A DNA stretch of 64,000 bases. Source: Bacteroidales bacterium. GTDB lineage: Bacteria > Bacteroidota > Bacteroidia > Bacteroidales > CAIWKO01. Where the stretch lies: assembly GCA_023228145.1 (NCBI GenBank), contig JALOBU010000005.1:5573-69572 (forward strand). Direction: 5' to 3'. Within the stretch, counting starts at the first letter, position 1; every line of letters begins with the position of its first letter. Positions 1-10,038 of this stretch are shown here, one piece after another. The position numbers were made by a program, and so were the translations under genes. The notes beneath the pieces were generated by a model that searched no databases, was not told the DNA's origin, and was given only the letters and a program-made list of their open reading frames with translations.

Positions 1-2
1 CG

Positions 3-2927
3 GAAAATGAACTGATGCGGCAATATATGAATGATACCACAATAGTTGGAATTGATAGTGTTATTTCGTATTTTTTACAAAAAAAAGACAATATTTCAAG
101 AAAGATTTTGGTACAAGCTTATTATTCAAAAGGAGACAGTTCAAATTTAATTTTGGCATTGGATTCCCTGAGATTGCAAACAATTGATGACACTCTGTTC
201 AAGGAATTCTACAGCCTGATGGCAGATTTTTGTACTAACAAAAATTTATTGTATAACATTGATTCAATACAGGAACAGACGATAAGAAATATTGCATCTT
301 CTAAAACAGAAGCGACCGTTTTTGCACAAACTGTGCTGGCAATGGTTTACAAAGAAATTCCTTCAATAGAATTAGAAAAAATATATATACCAGATAGCCT
401 TAGCATTCATGGGTACCTTAGGAGCGACAGTTTATGCAGCGGATTACCCTTAGCCGGTGATACTATTTTTTTATTGGATGCAGATACCAACAGGATAACT
501 TTTTTAACACCTGTTATAACAGATAGTGCAGGCTATTTTGCATTTTACCTGCCAGAACTCTTACAATTGAGTGATAACGCATCATATGGCTTTGGCACAA
601 CATACGCAGCGCCTGTAAAGAACTTTGAATTGAAAACCATCGAACAGTGGATTGCGGCAAGTCCTTTAAATCTGACACTAAGGAAAACCGAGGCAGATTT
701 TATTTATGATACAATACGATGCTATGCAGGCAGTGTCCATTTTACCTCAATCGTTACAGACGGAAAAAAACCATATACGTATAGTTGGGATTTCGGCAAC
801 GACAGCGTTTCGACGAGCCCAAACCCAGCCATGCTCTTTGATACTACAGGGGCTTATCATGTTACACTTGTAGTTTCAAGTACAGACGGATGTACTGATA
901 CTGTTGATAAGACGGTTATTGTAAATCCTTTACCTGAAATTACAATAACGACATCAGATTCAACTATCTGTAAAGGAGATAGTGCAATATTGACTGGCTC
1001 CGGTGGTGCAACTTATTTGTGGAGTACTTCAGATACATCAGCGGTTATTACTATTGCCCCCGATTTAACTACCACATATACGGTAACAGTTACAAGTGCG
1101 GAAGGATGTACTAATACTGCAAGTTTTACAATTACTGTAAATTCTTTACCCACCGCTGCAATTAATTCATCAGATTCTACAATTTGTGCCGGGGATAGTG
1201 TAACTTTGACTGCATCGGGAGGTGTTACTTATTTATGGAACACGGCTGATACTACAGCAGCAATTATTGTTGTCCCCAATACAACTACCACATATACCGT
1301 AACCGTGACAAGCACAGAGGAATGTATAGATTCAGCAAACAAAACCGTTACTGTAAATATTTTGCCGACTGCTGCAATAACTCCGGCATCTTCATCTATA
1401 TGCACCGGGGATAGTGTAACATTAACTGCATCGGGAGGTGTTACTTATTTATGGAACACCGCTGATACAGCGACAGTTATTACTGTTGTCCCCGATTCAA
1501 CTACTACCTATAAAGTAACAGTGCTAAGTGCAGAAGGATGTGAAGACAGCGATACTGCAACGATTACAATTGATTGTGCCAGTATCACCGGGAGAACCAT
1601 GTATGCAGGAAAGGCAAATGTCAACACGGCGCCTAACCCGCCAACATATAACTCAAGAACTTATGACATTAATAAAGAAATTGTAATACTGAAGAATCAG
1701 TCAGGCACCGAAATAGCCCGTGACACCTCGGATGCAAACGGCGCTTTTTCATTTACTAATGTGGATAATGGCACTTATACTTTGTTTTATGACAAATACA
1801 CCGCAGATACGATGCAGTGGTGTAATAATGTGAACGCAGTGGATATAGCCTTGATCAAGTATTTAATTGCCAGTGATACCACTACAGACCCTTCGAGAAA
1901 CTTCTCAAGGATATATAAAAAATCGGCGGATGTTGACAATAACGGTACCGTGGATTCAATTGATAGAGCAAGAATACAAGCCAAGGTAGCTTTCCCCAGC
2001 GATCCTACTAAAAACTTTCCAAAGGGAAACTGGGTGAATCTGGATACAACGGTTATCGTTAATGGCGCTAACCTTAATGTGACAATTCCTGTCATCAGCT
2101 ATGGCGATTACAATGCTTCCAGCAGTAAATACAAAGATTCTGCTAATACATGGTCGCAGGTAAAATCTTTAACAGATGAGAACATTATCACTATTTCTGA
2201 TGAAAGCCTGATACTTAATAACACCGGAATAATAGCAATCCCCCTTCAAATAAGCTCATCGCTGGATGATTTTGCTGCCATGAGTCTGGAATTATTTTAT
2301 CCAAAAGAAAAGTTTAAATTAGTGAGTGCTTCTATGCCAAACACCAGCGATAGCAATGGGGTGTTTAAGATTAATCCTACCTTACAAGAAATTATTGATA
2401 ATAACAATGATTTGCTGGTAACGGATGATAGCGGGATCATCAGGGTGGTGTTTGCCACAACTAATTTCTTTGATGTTACCAATAACGATATTATGATCTA
2501 CCTTGGATTCCGCCCGCTTTATGAGCTGAAATCGGGAGAGCTAAATTTTAAACTATTCGGAACAGGAATAATTACAGACCAATATGGTAAAGAGGCAAAA
2601 GATATGGATTACCTTTTGATGCCCAAAATTTTCGTTCAGGGTAATCACACTGAAGCCGGGTTTGACTTTACGGGCTACCCAAATCCATTTAACAACAGTA
2701 CAACGTTAACCTATAATTTACCTAAAAACGGAACGGTAAAACTCAGGGTTTATAATGTCTTTGGCGTATGTGTTTCCGAACTTGTAAATGAGGAACAAAT
2801 GAGTGGAAAACACAGCGTTGTTTTTTCTGCAAAGAACCAACCGGCAGGTATGTATTCCTTCCGACTTGATTTTACCGGTGAAAACGATTCAAATTGTGTG
2901 GTATTGAAGATGATTTATTATAAATAA
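3..2927 (+). CDS. T9SS-sorted multidomain cell-surface protein (probably 5'-partial at window edge)
   Basis: The frame is open back to nt 3, and the first Met (nt 15) is not followed by a signal peptide, so the N-terminus likely lies outside the window. Domains read from the translation: CarboxypepD_reg-like segments (EIVILKNQSGTEIARDTSDANGAFSFTNVDNGTY), a PKD-like segment (YSWDFGNDSVS), and three 72-aa Cys-containing Ig-like repeats. Further on are a dockerin-like duplicated Ca-loop (NVNAVDIALIKYLIA ... DVDNNGTVDSIDRARIQ) and a cohesin-like beta domain. The C-terminus is a Por_Secre_tail-type sorting domain (GYPNPFNNSTTLTYNLPKNGTVKLRVYNVFG ... GMYSFRL). Confidence 0.85.
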   Translation, partial: ENELMRQYMNDTTIVGIDSVISYFLQKKDNISRKILVQAYYSKGDSSNLILALDSLRLQTIDDTLFKEFYSLMADFCTNKNLLYNIDSIQEQTIRNIASSKTEATVFAQTVLAMVYKEIPSIELEKIYIPDSLSIHGYLRSDSLCSGLPLAGDTIFLLDADTNRITFLTPVITDSAGYFAFYLPELLQLSDNASYGFGTTYAAPVKNFELKTIEQWIAASPLNLTLRKTEADFIYDTIRCYAGSVHFTSIVTDGKKPYTYSWDFGNDSVSTSPNPAMLFDTTGAYHVTLVVSSTDGCTDTVDKTVIVNPLPEITITTSDSTICKGDSAILTGSGGATYLWSTSDTSAVITIAPDLTTTYTVTVTSAEGCTNTASFTITVNSLPTAAINSSDSTICAGDSVTLTASGGVTYLWNTADTTAAIIVVPNTTTTYTVTVTSTEECIDSANKTVTVNILPTAAITPASSSICTGDSVTLTASGGVTYLWNTADTATVITVVPDSTTTYKVTVLSAEGCEDSDTATITIDCASITGRTMYAGKANVNTAPNPPTYNSRTYDINKEIVILKNQSGTEIARDTSDANGAFSFTNVDNGTYTLFYDKYTADTMQWCNNVNAVDIALIKYLIASDTTTDPSRNFSRIYKKSADVDNNGTVDSIDRARIQAKVAFPSDPTKNFPKGNWVNLDTTVIVNGANLNVTIPVISYGDYNASSSKYKDSANTWSQVKSLTDENIITISDESLILNNTGIIAIPLQISSSLDDFAAMSLELFYPKEKFKLVSASMPNTSDSNGVFKINPTLQEIIDNNNDLLVTDDSGIIRVVFATTNFFDVTNNDIMIYLGFRPLYELKSGELNFKLFGTGIITDQYGKEAKDMDYLLMPKIFVQGNHTEAGFDFTGYPNPFNNSTTLTYNLPKNGTVKLRVYNVFGVCVSELVNEEQMSGKHSVVFSAKNQPAGMYSFRLDFTGENDSNCVVLKMIYYK
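921..1568 (+). repeat. Three in-frame tandem 216-bp (72-aa) repeats inside the surface-protein gene
   Basis: Units start at 921, 1137 and 1353, each beginning gtaaat (VN) and ending TITV/TITI. Copies 2 and 3 share long near-identical DNA runs (about 1192-1250 versus 1408-1466: gatagtgtaac.ttgactgcatcgggaggtgttacttatttatggaacac.gctgatac). Confidence 0.9.
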
Positions 2928-2936
2928 AATAGTATG

Positions 2937-2980
2937 CAACAAGTAATAATTCAGAAAGGCTGGACTATTACTTGTTGTTT
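2937..2980 (+). terminator. Hairpin terminator candidate downstream of the surface-protein gene
   Basis: A perfect 12-bp inverted repeat, caacaagtaata (2937-2948) / tattacttgttg (2966-2977), is followed by ttt. It begins 10 nt after the stop codon. Confidence 0.55.
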
Positions 2981-2981
2981 A

Positions 2982-3284
2982 TCTGATTGTTAGTGAGTAA
3001 AAGCATCGGCTGTTTGCCAAACCCTTCAATGATGACAAGGGTGTACCTAAACTACTCCCCATCGGTATTACAAATTGTAGTTGCTCATTAATCTCCCCTG
3101 TTAAGTCATCCCTGAAAAGGTTCCGACTCAAGCGGTCTTCTGTTTTGATCAATGGAATTGGCTCTTGTAGGGTTCGGCTGATGTTGGATAGCTTTACATC
3201 CTTTGAGGCCTGAATGCCGTATAGCATTTCTTTAACTAAACGTTTTTGAGTTTTACACAAATTTTTTGAGATTGTTCCTGAAAA
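2982..3284 (-). pseudogene. Possible relic of a DDE-transposase N-terminal region (very tentative)
   Basis: This is the C-terminal ~100 aa of ORF 2979..3473(-): SKNLCKTQKRLVKEMLYGIQASKDVKLSNISRTLQEPIPLIKTEDRLSRNLFRDDL. It resembles the N-terminal targeting/HTH region of IS4/IS701-like transposases (..l..iar.l......RLsRfL..). No DDE catalytic part follows. The upstream half of the ORF overlaps the ffh promoter and start and looks non-coding. Confidence 0.25.
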
Positions 3285-3376
3285 TTTGTTGCGTTGTAAC
3301 TTTTTTGAGGAAACTCCAGAAATAATACATTTACATTTTATTTTTATGAATGGTTTTAAAATTTTGTTTGTTTTTA

Positions 3377-3384
3377 TATATTTG
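3377..3384 (+). promoter_or_regulatory. Bacteroidota-type -7 box (TAnnTTTG) for ffh
   Basis: tatatttg lies 27 nt upstream of the ffh ATG and matches the published Bacteroides sigma-A -7 consensus TAnnTTTG. Confidence 0.5.
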
Positions 3385-3410
3385 CAAAAACAAATCATTA
3401 AACAATAACG

Positions 3411-4751
3411 ATGTTCGAGAATCTGAGTGAAAAGTTTGACAGGGCGTTTAAAATTATAAAAGGCCAGGGGCATATTACTGAAATTAATGTTGCAGAGTCG
3501 TTGAAAGAAGTGAGAAAAGCATTGCTTGATGCCGATGTTAGCTATAAAATTGCAAAAAATTTCACCGAGGAAGTCAAGGCGAAAGCTTTAGGGCAAAATG
3601 TGCTGACCGCTGTTTCGCCCGGGCAACTTATGGTAAAAATTGTTCATGATGAACTCACACAACTCATGGGTAACGAAAAATCAGATATCAACATCAAGCA
3701 AAACCCGTCTGTAATTCTGATTTCCGGCCTCCAGGGCTCAGGGAAAACCACTTTCTCAGCGAAACTTGCAAATTACCTTAAAACAAAAAAGAATAAAAAT
3801 CCCCTTCTCGTTGCTTGTGATGTTTACAGGCCTGCCGCCATTGAACAGTTGAAAGTCCTCGGGCAGCAAATTGATGTAAAAGTTTTCAGTGATACCGAAG
3901 ACAACAAACCTGTTTCTCTTGCTAAAAAAGCCATCAGCCATGCCAAAGATATGGGCTTCAATGTTGTAATCATTGATACGGCCGGACGCCTTGCCATAGA
4001 TGAAGAGATGATGAACGAGATATCTAATATCAAAAAAGCTGTAAACCCTCATGAAATTTTATTTGTGGTTGATGCCATGACAGGGCAAGATGCAGTGAAC
4101 ACAGCAAAAGCTTTTAACGATGTGTTGAACTACGATGGTGTTGTCCTGACAAAACTTGACGGGGACACCCGCGGTGGAGCAGCACTCACAATAAGGGCTG
4201 TAGTGAATAAACCTGTGAAGTTTGTCGGACTCGGGGAAAAAATGGATGCCATTGATGTTTTCTATCCTGAACGTATGGCCAGCCGCATCCTCGGCATGGG
4301 AGATATTGTATCTCTGGTTGAAAAAGCTCAGGAACAATTTGATGCCGAAGAAGCTCAGAAATTGCAAAAGAAAATTGCAAAAAATCAATTTAATTTCAAC
4401 GATTTTATAAATCAGATACGACAGATAAAGAAAATGGGCAACATCAAAGACCTGGTGGGAATGATTCCAGGAATGGATAAGGCGATGAAGGATGTTGACA
4501 TTGACGATAATGCTTTTAAAGGAATAGAATCCATCATAGGTTCAATGACACCACTGGAAAGGGAAAACCCTGACATAATTAACGGGAGCAGGCGTAAACG
4601 CATATCTCTTGGCAGCGGCACTTCGATACAGGAAGTAAACCGGCTGATAAAACAATTTGAAGACACACGAAAAGTGATGCGCTCCATGAGCCAGGCAGGG
4701 AAAAATCCTGTAAAACAAATGAGAAATATGAGGCAAATGATGAGAAAGTAA
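3411..4751 (+). CDS. ffh: Signal recognition particle protein Ffh (SRP54)
   Basis: 446 aa. It has an N domain and an SRP GTPase domain (G1 GLQGSGKTT, DTAGR, TKLDGD). A Met-rich M domain lies at the C-terminus (KKMGNIKDLVGMIPGM ... MRNMRQMMRK). Confidence 0.97.
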   Translation: MFENLSEKFDRAFKIIKGQGHITEINVAESLKEVRKALLDADVSYKIAKNFTEEVKAKALGQNVLTAVSPGQLMVKIVHDELTQLMGNEKSDINIKQNPSVILISGLQGSGKTTFSAKLANYLKTKKNKNPLLVACDVYRPAAIEQLKVLGQQIDVKVFSDTEDNKPVSLAKKAISHAKDMGFNVVIIDTAGRLAIDEEMMNEISNIKKAVNPHEILFVVDAMTGQDAVNTAKAFNDVLNYDGVVLTKLDGDTRGGAALTIRAVVNKPVKFVGLGEKMDAIDVFYPERMASRILGMGDIVSLVEKAQEQFDAEEAQKLQKKIAKNQFNFNDFINQIRQIKKMGNIKDLVGMIPGMDKAMKDVDIDDNAFKGIESIIGSMTPLERENPDIINGSRRKRISLGSGTSIQEVNRLIKQFEDTRKVMRSMSQAGKNPVKQMRNMRQMMRK

Positions 4752-4849
4752 GACAAAATATTTATAAGAGAAATAAATTTAATGCATAAATAGCTTTTCA
4801 GTATATCAATAAAAAAATTTTATAAGTATTAATTTAAAAATATAATATT

Positions 4850-7800
4850 ATGAAAAAAGTTTTTATGTTCATTTTTGCAATATTGATGATATATCATTTG
4901 CAAGTTTTTTCACAGCCGGGTTCTTCCTGTACAGACCCTTATGTAATAACGACACTGCCTTTTAATCAGAGCAGTATGACCACATCGGGCTTTCCCGATA
5001 TATTTGATAATACAGATGCCTGCAACAGCGATTATATGACAGGAAATGATTTCATTTTTAGTTATACTCCTTCTGTTAGTCAGTATATTAATATAACACT
5101 ATCCGGTACTGGGATAGGTGTAGGACTTTTTGTAACTAACGGTTGCCCCGACCCAAGTGGGATTTGCGTGGCAGAAAATGAAGCCATATTAGGAAACCCT
5201 GTCTTAACTAATGTTTTGCTTATCGGCGGAACAACTTATTTTATTATTGTATCCACATGGGATCCTATTTATAATTACATTCCCAATCCTTCAACTAATT
5301 TCAGCATTGATATAACAATGGAAAACCCTTTTAACCTGGCAATTGATGAAATTGTGAGTCCGGTTTCTTCCTGTGGTCTGACTAGCACTGAAAATGTTGA
5401 AATCAGTATTACAAATTACAGTTTAGTGCCCCTCGACAGCATAGCTGTGGAATACACTATCAACGGTATTATTCAGGCAACCGATACCATTTTCGACACC
5501 ATAGACCCGAGCAGCACGCTAAATCATATTTTTTCTGTGCAGGCTGACCTTTCTCAGACAAACACATCTTATATACTTAAAACATACATAAAATTTACTG
5601 ATGACAACCCTGTAGATGACACTACGACAGCCTCCATTACCAATTCCGTTTTGATAGATGCTTTCCCCTATTTTGAAGATTTCGAAACCGACAATGGCGG
5701 TTACGGCTCTGGTGGAACAAATTCTTCCTGGGCTTGGGGCGAACCTGACAAAACTGTGATTACTAATGCTTCTTCTCCCACCAAATGCTGGGTAACAAAC
5801 CTGGTAGGCAACTATAATCAGAATGAAATATCACATTTATTATTCCCCTGCCTTGATTTCTCATCTTTAAGTGCACCTGTTATAGAATTTGACTTATGGG
5901 TAGTCACTTCAGGATTGTTAGACTACTGTCGTTTGGAATACTCAAAAGACAATGGTTCGAGCTGGCATACTGTCGGGCAGCAAGGTGACCCTATCAATTG
6001 GTACGATAGCGACAATGGCTGGTCAACAGCTCAGGCAAATTTTGTAACAGTACGCCATCGGATTGACAGCCTGGCTGGAGTTGCCAATGCCAAGCTACGA
6101 CTGTACTTTTTCGGAAGCCTTGTTACTCAAGCCGATGGTATAGCTTTTGACGACATAAAAATTTATCAGGCTCCGGCATTCGACCTTGGTATTTCACAGG
6201 TTGTTTCGCCTGTAACATCTTGCGGTCTAACAGACAGCGAATATTTTGAAGCAAAGATTAATAATTATGGAGCAGACCCGCAAAGTAATTTCTTTGTTGC
6301 TTATTCTGTCAACGGCGCTCCATCAACTCCCGAACAAATAACAACAACCATTGACCCCGGAGAATCATTATTATATACTTTTACAACCCCCGTTGATATG
6401 TCTGTTATGCAACAATACAACATCCTTTGTTACACAAGCAATGCCGGTGATGCAGACCCTAGCAACGATACAACAGCCCTAACAATTAACAATTTACTCA
6501 GTGTAAGCACCTATCCTTATCTGCAAGATTTTGAAAACAGTGACGGAGGATGGGTAGGCGGCGGCGTTAATTCATCGTGGGCATGGGGCGAGCCTATAAA
6601 ACCTGTGATTAATCATGCAGCATCACCAACAAAATGCTGGACTACAAATCTCACGGCTACTTCTAATATTCTCGAAAATTCATATCTGACCGGCCCGTGT
6701 TTTGATTTTTCAACACTTACACTGCCCGAAATTGACTTTAATATATGGTATGCCACATCCACTTTTGCACCCGGAACAGACAGTATTGTCCTAAAAGTTT
6801 CTGTTGATAGTGGGGCAACATGGACCCGTGTGGGCAGTATGGGCCAGGGAACCAATTGGTACAATACTCCTGACGGATGGAGCGGCAATTCCGGCGGATG
6901 GATACATGCCAAGCATGTTTTGACAGGTACCGGCGGTGAACAAAATGTACAACTGAGGTTTTATTTCTTCGGACCGTTATCAATCCCGGTTGATGGGCTG
7001 GCTATTGATGACATTCATATTCGTGAATCCCCTCAAAATGATTTAGGTGTTGTAGAAATTACAGCCCCTCAAAATGGATGCAACCTTAGCATCAATGAAT
7101 TCGTCAGCATTCGTTATCACAATTACGGGCAAGTTACGCAAAACGATTTTGAGTTAAGTTACCAGGTTGATAACGGCCCTTGGGTAACACAAACCATGAC
7201 ATGGGACATTTATGCTGGGGAAACCATTTACCACACTTTCAGCCAGACCTACGATTTTTCAGCGCTGGCCTCATACACCATAAGAGCCACCACAGGCCTT
7301 GCAAACGATGAAGACCATTCCAATGATACAATATCCGTAACCATAGTTAATGAACCCGCAATTGACACTTTCCCCTTCGTTGACGACTTTGAATCCGATG
7401 ATGGAGGATGGTATACTGCAGGAAATTCAAGCTGGGCATGGGGAGTTCCGGCAAGTGTTACACTCAACTATGCACATTCACCTGTCAATGTTTGGAAGAC
7501 TAACCTGACAGGAAATGCCCTTACCAGCGAAGATTCATACCTTTACAGCCCTTGTTTTGACTTAAGTAATATGAGCGTACCTACCATTGAACTATATGTT
7601 TGGCATTCTACAATGCCTATGATGGGCTCTGCCGGCACACTTGAAGTATCAGTTGATGGCGGCGTATATTGGTCTGTGGTGGGCTACAATGATTTTACCA
7701 ACTGGTATATTCAGGATATGACCGGAACAAATAATGGCTGGACAGGAGCTTCCTCAGGCTGGACATATAAAAAACATATACTTGATGGCTGCGCTTTCGA

Positions 7801-8398
7801 GTCCTCAGTAAAACTTAGAATACATTATAAACCCGGGCAAGTTGCCATAACACCCGAAGAAGGCCTTGCTATTGACGATATCAGAATCTTTGACGATTGC
7901 ACCCCGCCCGATGCTAACTTTTCTTACTCTGCAAGCGGAACCAATGTTGTCTTTACCAACCTTACCACTGGCGGCACAGACTATTATTGGGAGTTCGGTG
8001 ATGGAAACACCAGCCAGAACGCAAGCCCCGCACATATTTATTCTGACCTGGGTGTCTATAGTGTTACTCTCATTGCCAGCAATATTTGTGGCTCTGACAC
8101 TTCAGAGCAGCTTATAGATATTACCAGTATTGACGAGAATGACTTCAATACATATATTAATTGCTCCCCTAATCCCAACAATGGAACATTTACACTTACT
8201 ATTAATACGGCAGTTCACGAAAATATCTTGTTGGAAATTAATGATATGAAAGGAAGCACCGTGTATTCAGAAATATTAAAACCGAGTAATAGCGGAATTA
8301 TTAAACAATTTAACTTTTCAGAACTCGGTAAAGGTGTTTATTTCATGAAACTGCAAGGCGAAATTATTCAAGCTTTTAAGAAAATTGTAATCAAATAA
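4850..8398 (+). CDS. T9SS-sorted secreted protein with three CARDB-like + MAM-like modules and a PKD domain
   Basis: 1182 aa with signal peptide MKKVFMFIFAILMIYHLQVFSQ. The module is repeated three times: an Ig-like part (..DLGI..VVSPV.SCGL) plus a jelly-roll part (FPYFEDFE.D.GGW....NSSWAWGEP ... LAIDDI.I). A PKD domain follows (YYWEFGDGNTS). The C-terminus is a Por_Secre_tail (CSPNPNNGTFTLTIN ... GVYFMKLQG). Confidence 0.9.
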   Translation: MKKVFMFIFAILMIYHLQVFSQPGSSCTDPYVITTLPFNQSSMTTSGFPDIFDNTDACNSDYMTGNDFIFSYTPSVSQYINITLSGTGIGVGLFVTNGCPDPSGICVAENEAILGNPVLTNVLLIGGTTYFIIVSTWDPIYNYIPNPSTNFSIDITMENPFNLAIDEIVSPVSSCGLTSTENVEISITNYSLVPLDSIAVEYTINGIIQATDTIFDTIDPSSTLNHIFSVQADLSQTNTSYILKTYIKFTDDNPVDDTTTASITNSVLIDAFPYFEDFETDNGGYGSGGTNSSWAWGEPDKTVITNASSPTKCWVTNLVGNYNQNEISHLLFPCLDFSSLSAPVIEFDLWVVTSGLLDYCRLEYSKDNGSSWHTVGQQGDPINWYDSDNGWSTAQANFVTVRHRIDSLAGVANAKLRLYFFGSLVTQADGIAFDDIKIYQAPAFDLGISQVVSPVTSCGLTDSEYFEAKINNYGADPQSNFFVAYSVNGAPSTPEQITTTIDPGESLLYTFTTPVDMSVMQQYNILCYTSNAGDADPSNDTTALTINNLLSVSTYPYLQDFENSDGGWVGGGVNSSWAWGEPIKPVINHAASPTKCWTTNLTATSNILENSYLTGPCFDFSTLTLPEIDFNIWYATSTFAPGTDSIVLKVSVDSGATWTRVGSMGQGTNWYNTPDGWSGNSGGWIHAKHVLTGTGGEQNVQLRFYFFGPLSIPVDGLAIDDIHIRESPQNDLGVVEITAPQNGCNLSINEFVSIRYHNYGQVTQNDFELSYQVDNGPWVTQTMTWDIYAGETIYHTFSQTYDFSALASYTIRATTGLANDEDHSNDTISVTIVNEPAIDTFPFVDDFESDDGGWYTAGNSSWAWGVPASVTLNYAHSPVNVWKTNLTGNALTSEDSYLYSPCFDLSNMSVPTIELYVWHSTMPMMGSAGTLEVSVDGGVYWSVVGYNDFTNWYIQDMTGTNNGWTGASSGWTYKKHILDGCAFESSVKLRIHYKPGQVAITPEEGLAIDDIRIFDDCTPPDANFSYSASGTNVVFTNLTTGGTDYYWEFGDGNTSQNASPAHIYSDLGVYSVTLIASNICGSDTSEQLIDITSIDENDFNTYINCSPNPNNGTFTLTINTAVHENILLEINDMKGSTVYSEILKPSNSGIIKQFNFSELGKGVYFMKLQGEIIQAFKKIVIK
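5324..7891 (+). repeat. Three tandem ~285-aa protein modules (diverged) within the 4850..8398 gene
   Basis: Module boundaries, hand-counted from the translation, are aa 159-440, 441-725 and 726-1014 (nt 5324-6169, 6170-7024, 7025-7891). Conserved anchors are SSWAWG(E/V)P, SP(T/V)(K/N).W.TNL, PCFD(F/L)S and (I/L)A(F/I)DDI.I. Confidence 0.85.
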
Positions 8399-8480
8399 CC
8401 TACTTCTTGCTTTGTAAATAAAATAAAACAAGTATAAAAGAGTAAATAATTTCCTTAAAATTTTATAAAATCATAATCAC

Positions 8481-9314
8481 ATGAACAAGTATTTCGTTCA
8501 CGATGGTAAGAACCAAACAGGCCCTTTTACCCTTGAGGAATTAGCCAGCCAAAAAATTACCGCGAATACTATGGTATGGTGCGAAGGCATGAGTGACTGG
8601 GCAGAAGCTTCCAAAGTGGAAGAGTTAAAGTCTTTGTTGCCATCCACACCTCCTCCTTTGAAAACTTCAAGCACTCCTCCACCTTTAAAAATCAAAACTC
8701 CCCAAACTGCCGCAGAAGACAAATCAAAAAAGAAAAAACTTTTATATATACTTATTGGTGCAGGAGCAGGAGCAATTCTTATTACTGTGCTGGCGACACT
8801 GTTAATAGTGAAATCATGCAATTCAGAGAAAAGCAATAAGGGAGATGAAGAGTTTGGAAATAATGATAATACGGAGCAAATTGACGAGGGCACCATGGGA
8901 ACTTCTGAGGGTGATGAAGGCGGAAAAAATGGTAAAGTTTCAGATGATGCAAAATTACAGGATAATAAATCTAAAGAGCAGAAAGAAGAAGCCGAAAAAG
9001 AGGCTTACCGAAAAAACTGGCGTAAATATGTATATGCCAAAAGCGATTATCAAACAGGACCCTTCAATAGTTTGATAAACCCCACAGTGACCGTAACCAA
9101 TAGTTTACCTTATTTTGTAAATAAAGTAACTGTTGTAGTAACTTATTATCTATTTAATGGTGAAAAAGCAAAAACAGAAACCCTTACATATTATAACCTG
9201 AACGCCCATGGCAGTGAGCTTAAAAATACCCCGCCACCGAGCCCGGGTTGTTCATCAATAAAATCGTATATCACACATATTGAGTCAAGCTCACTTGGCC
9301 TTAATTCGAATTAA
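8481..9314 (+). CDS. GYF_2 (DUF4339)-domain membrane protein
   Basis: The N-terminus is a GYF_2-like motif (GKNQTGPFTLEELASQKITANTMVWCEGMSDWAEASKV). It is followed by a duplicated Pro-rich linker (STPPPLK x2), one TM helix (LLYILIGAGAGAILITVLATLLIV), a charged spacer and a C-terminal beta-rich domain. Confidence 0.8.
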   Translation: MNKYFVHDGKNQTGPFTLEELASQKITANTMVWCEGMSDWAEASKVEELKSLLPSTPPPLKTSSTPPPLKIKTPQTAAEDKSKKKKLLYILIGAGAGAILITVLATLLIVKSCNSEKSNKGDEEFGNNDNTEQIDEGTMGTSEGDEGGKNGKVSDDAKLQDNKSKEQKEEAEKEAYRKNWRKYVYAKSDYQTGPFNSLINPTVTVTNSLPYFVNKVTVVVTYYLFNGEKAKTETLTYYNLNAHGSELKNTPPPSPGCSSIKSYITHIESSSLGLNSN

Positions 9315-9354
9315 AGTAGTATGAATAAGGTTTCGTAAACAACCTTATAAGTAA

Positions 9355-10038
9355 TTATAACTTCATTAAGGGAACGTAGTCCATCCTCTTCAGAATTGCC
9401 TGCCTGTACCTTAAGGTGTATTTAGAGGGATTGATAACCCTGAACTTTCGTGGATTGGGTAAAACAGCAATAAGAGATGCAGCTTCATAAGGGGTTAATT
9501 TTGATGAATGCTTTCCGAAATATTTCAAAGAAGCAGCTTCTGCGCCATATATTCCAGGCCCGAATTCCACCACGTTAAGATACATTTCCATGATGCGTTT
9601 TTTACCCCATACTATTTCTATTAATACCGTAAACCATGCTTCCAACCCCTTGCGAAGATAATCCCTGTGCGGCCATAAAAAAACATTTTTAGCCGTTTGC
9701 TGACTTATGGTGCTGCCGCCTTTGATGCGCTTTGTATTTTTTTGATTCGAATAATAGGCCTTCTTTATTGCCTTAAAGTCAAAGCCATTATGCTCCAGAA
9801 AATTATAGTCCTCTGCTGCTATAGCAGCTCTGAACAGGTTGGAAGACATTTTTTCAATTTGCACCCATTTGTAAGCACTTTCAACTTTCTTGTCATAACC
9901 CCGCAAAACCATAATTGGTGTGGCTATAGGGTGTACAAACTTATAGGTAAGAACAGGAATAAAAGTAATTATAAAAAAAATAAATAAAAGCCAAAGTAGA
10001 AATCTTATAACCCTATTTCTCTTTTTTCTCTTTTTCAT
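9355..10038 (-). CDS. mtgA: Monofunctional biosynthetic peptidoglycan transglycosylase
   Basis: 227 aa with an N-terminal TM anchor. GT51 motifs are present: AIAAEDYNFLEHNGFD, GGSTISQQTAKN, RKGLEAW. The start codon abuts the stop of the upstream gene. Confidence 0.92.
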   Translation of the reverse strand: MKKRKKRNRVIRFLLWLLFIFFIITFIPVLTYKFVHPIATPIMVLRGYDKKVESAYKWVQIEKMSSNLFRAAIAAEDYNFLEHNGFDFKAIKKAYYSNQKNTKRIKGGSTISQQTAKNVFLWPHRDYLRKGLEAWFTVLIEIVWGKKRIMEMYLNVVEFGPGIYGAEAASLKYFGKHSSKLTPYEAASLIAVLPNPRKFRVINPSKYTLRYRQAILKRMDYVPLMKL

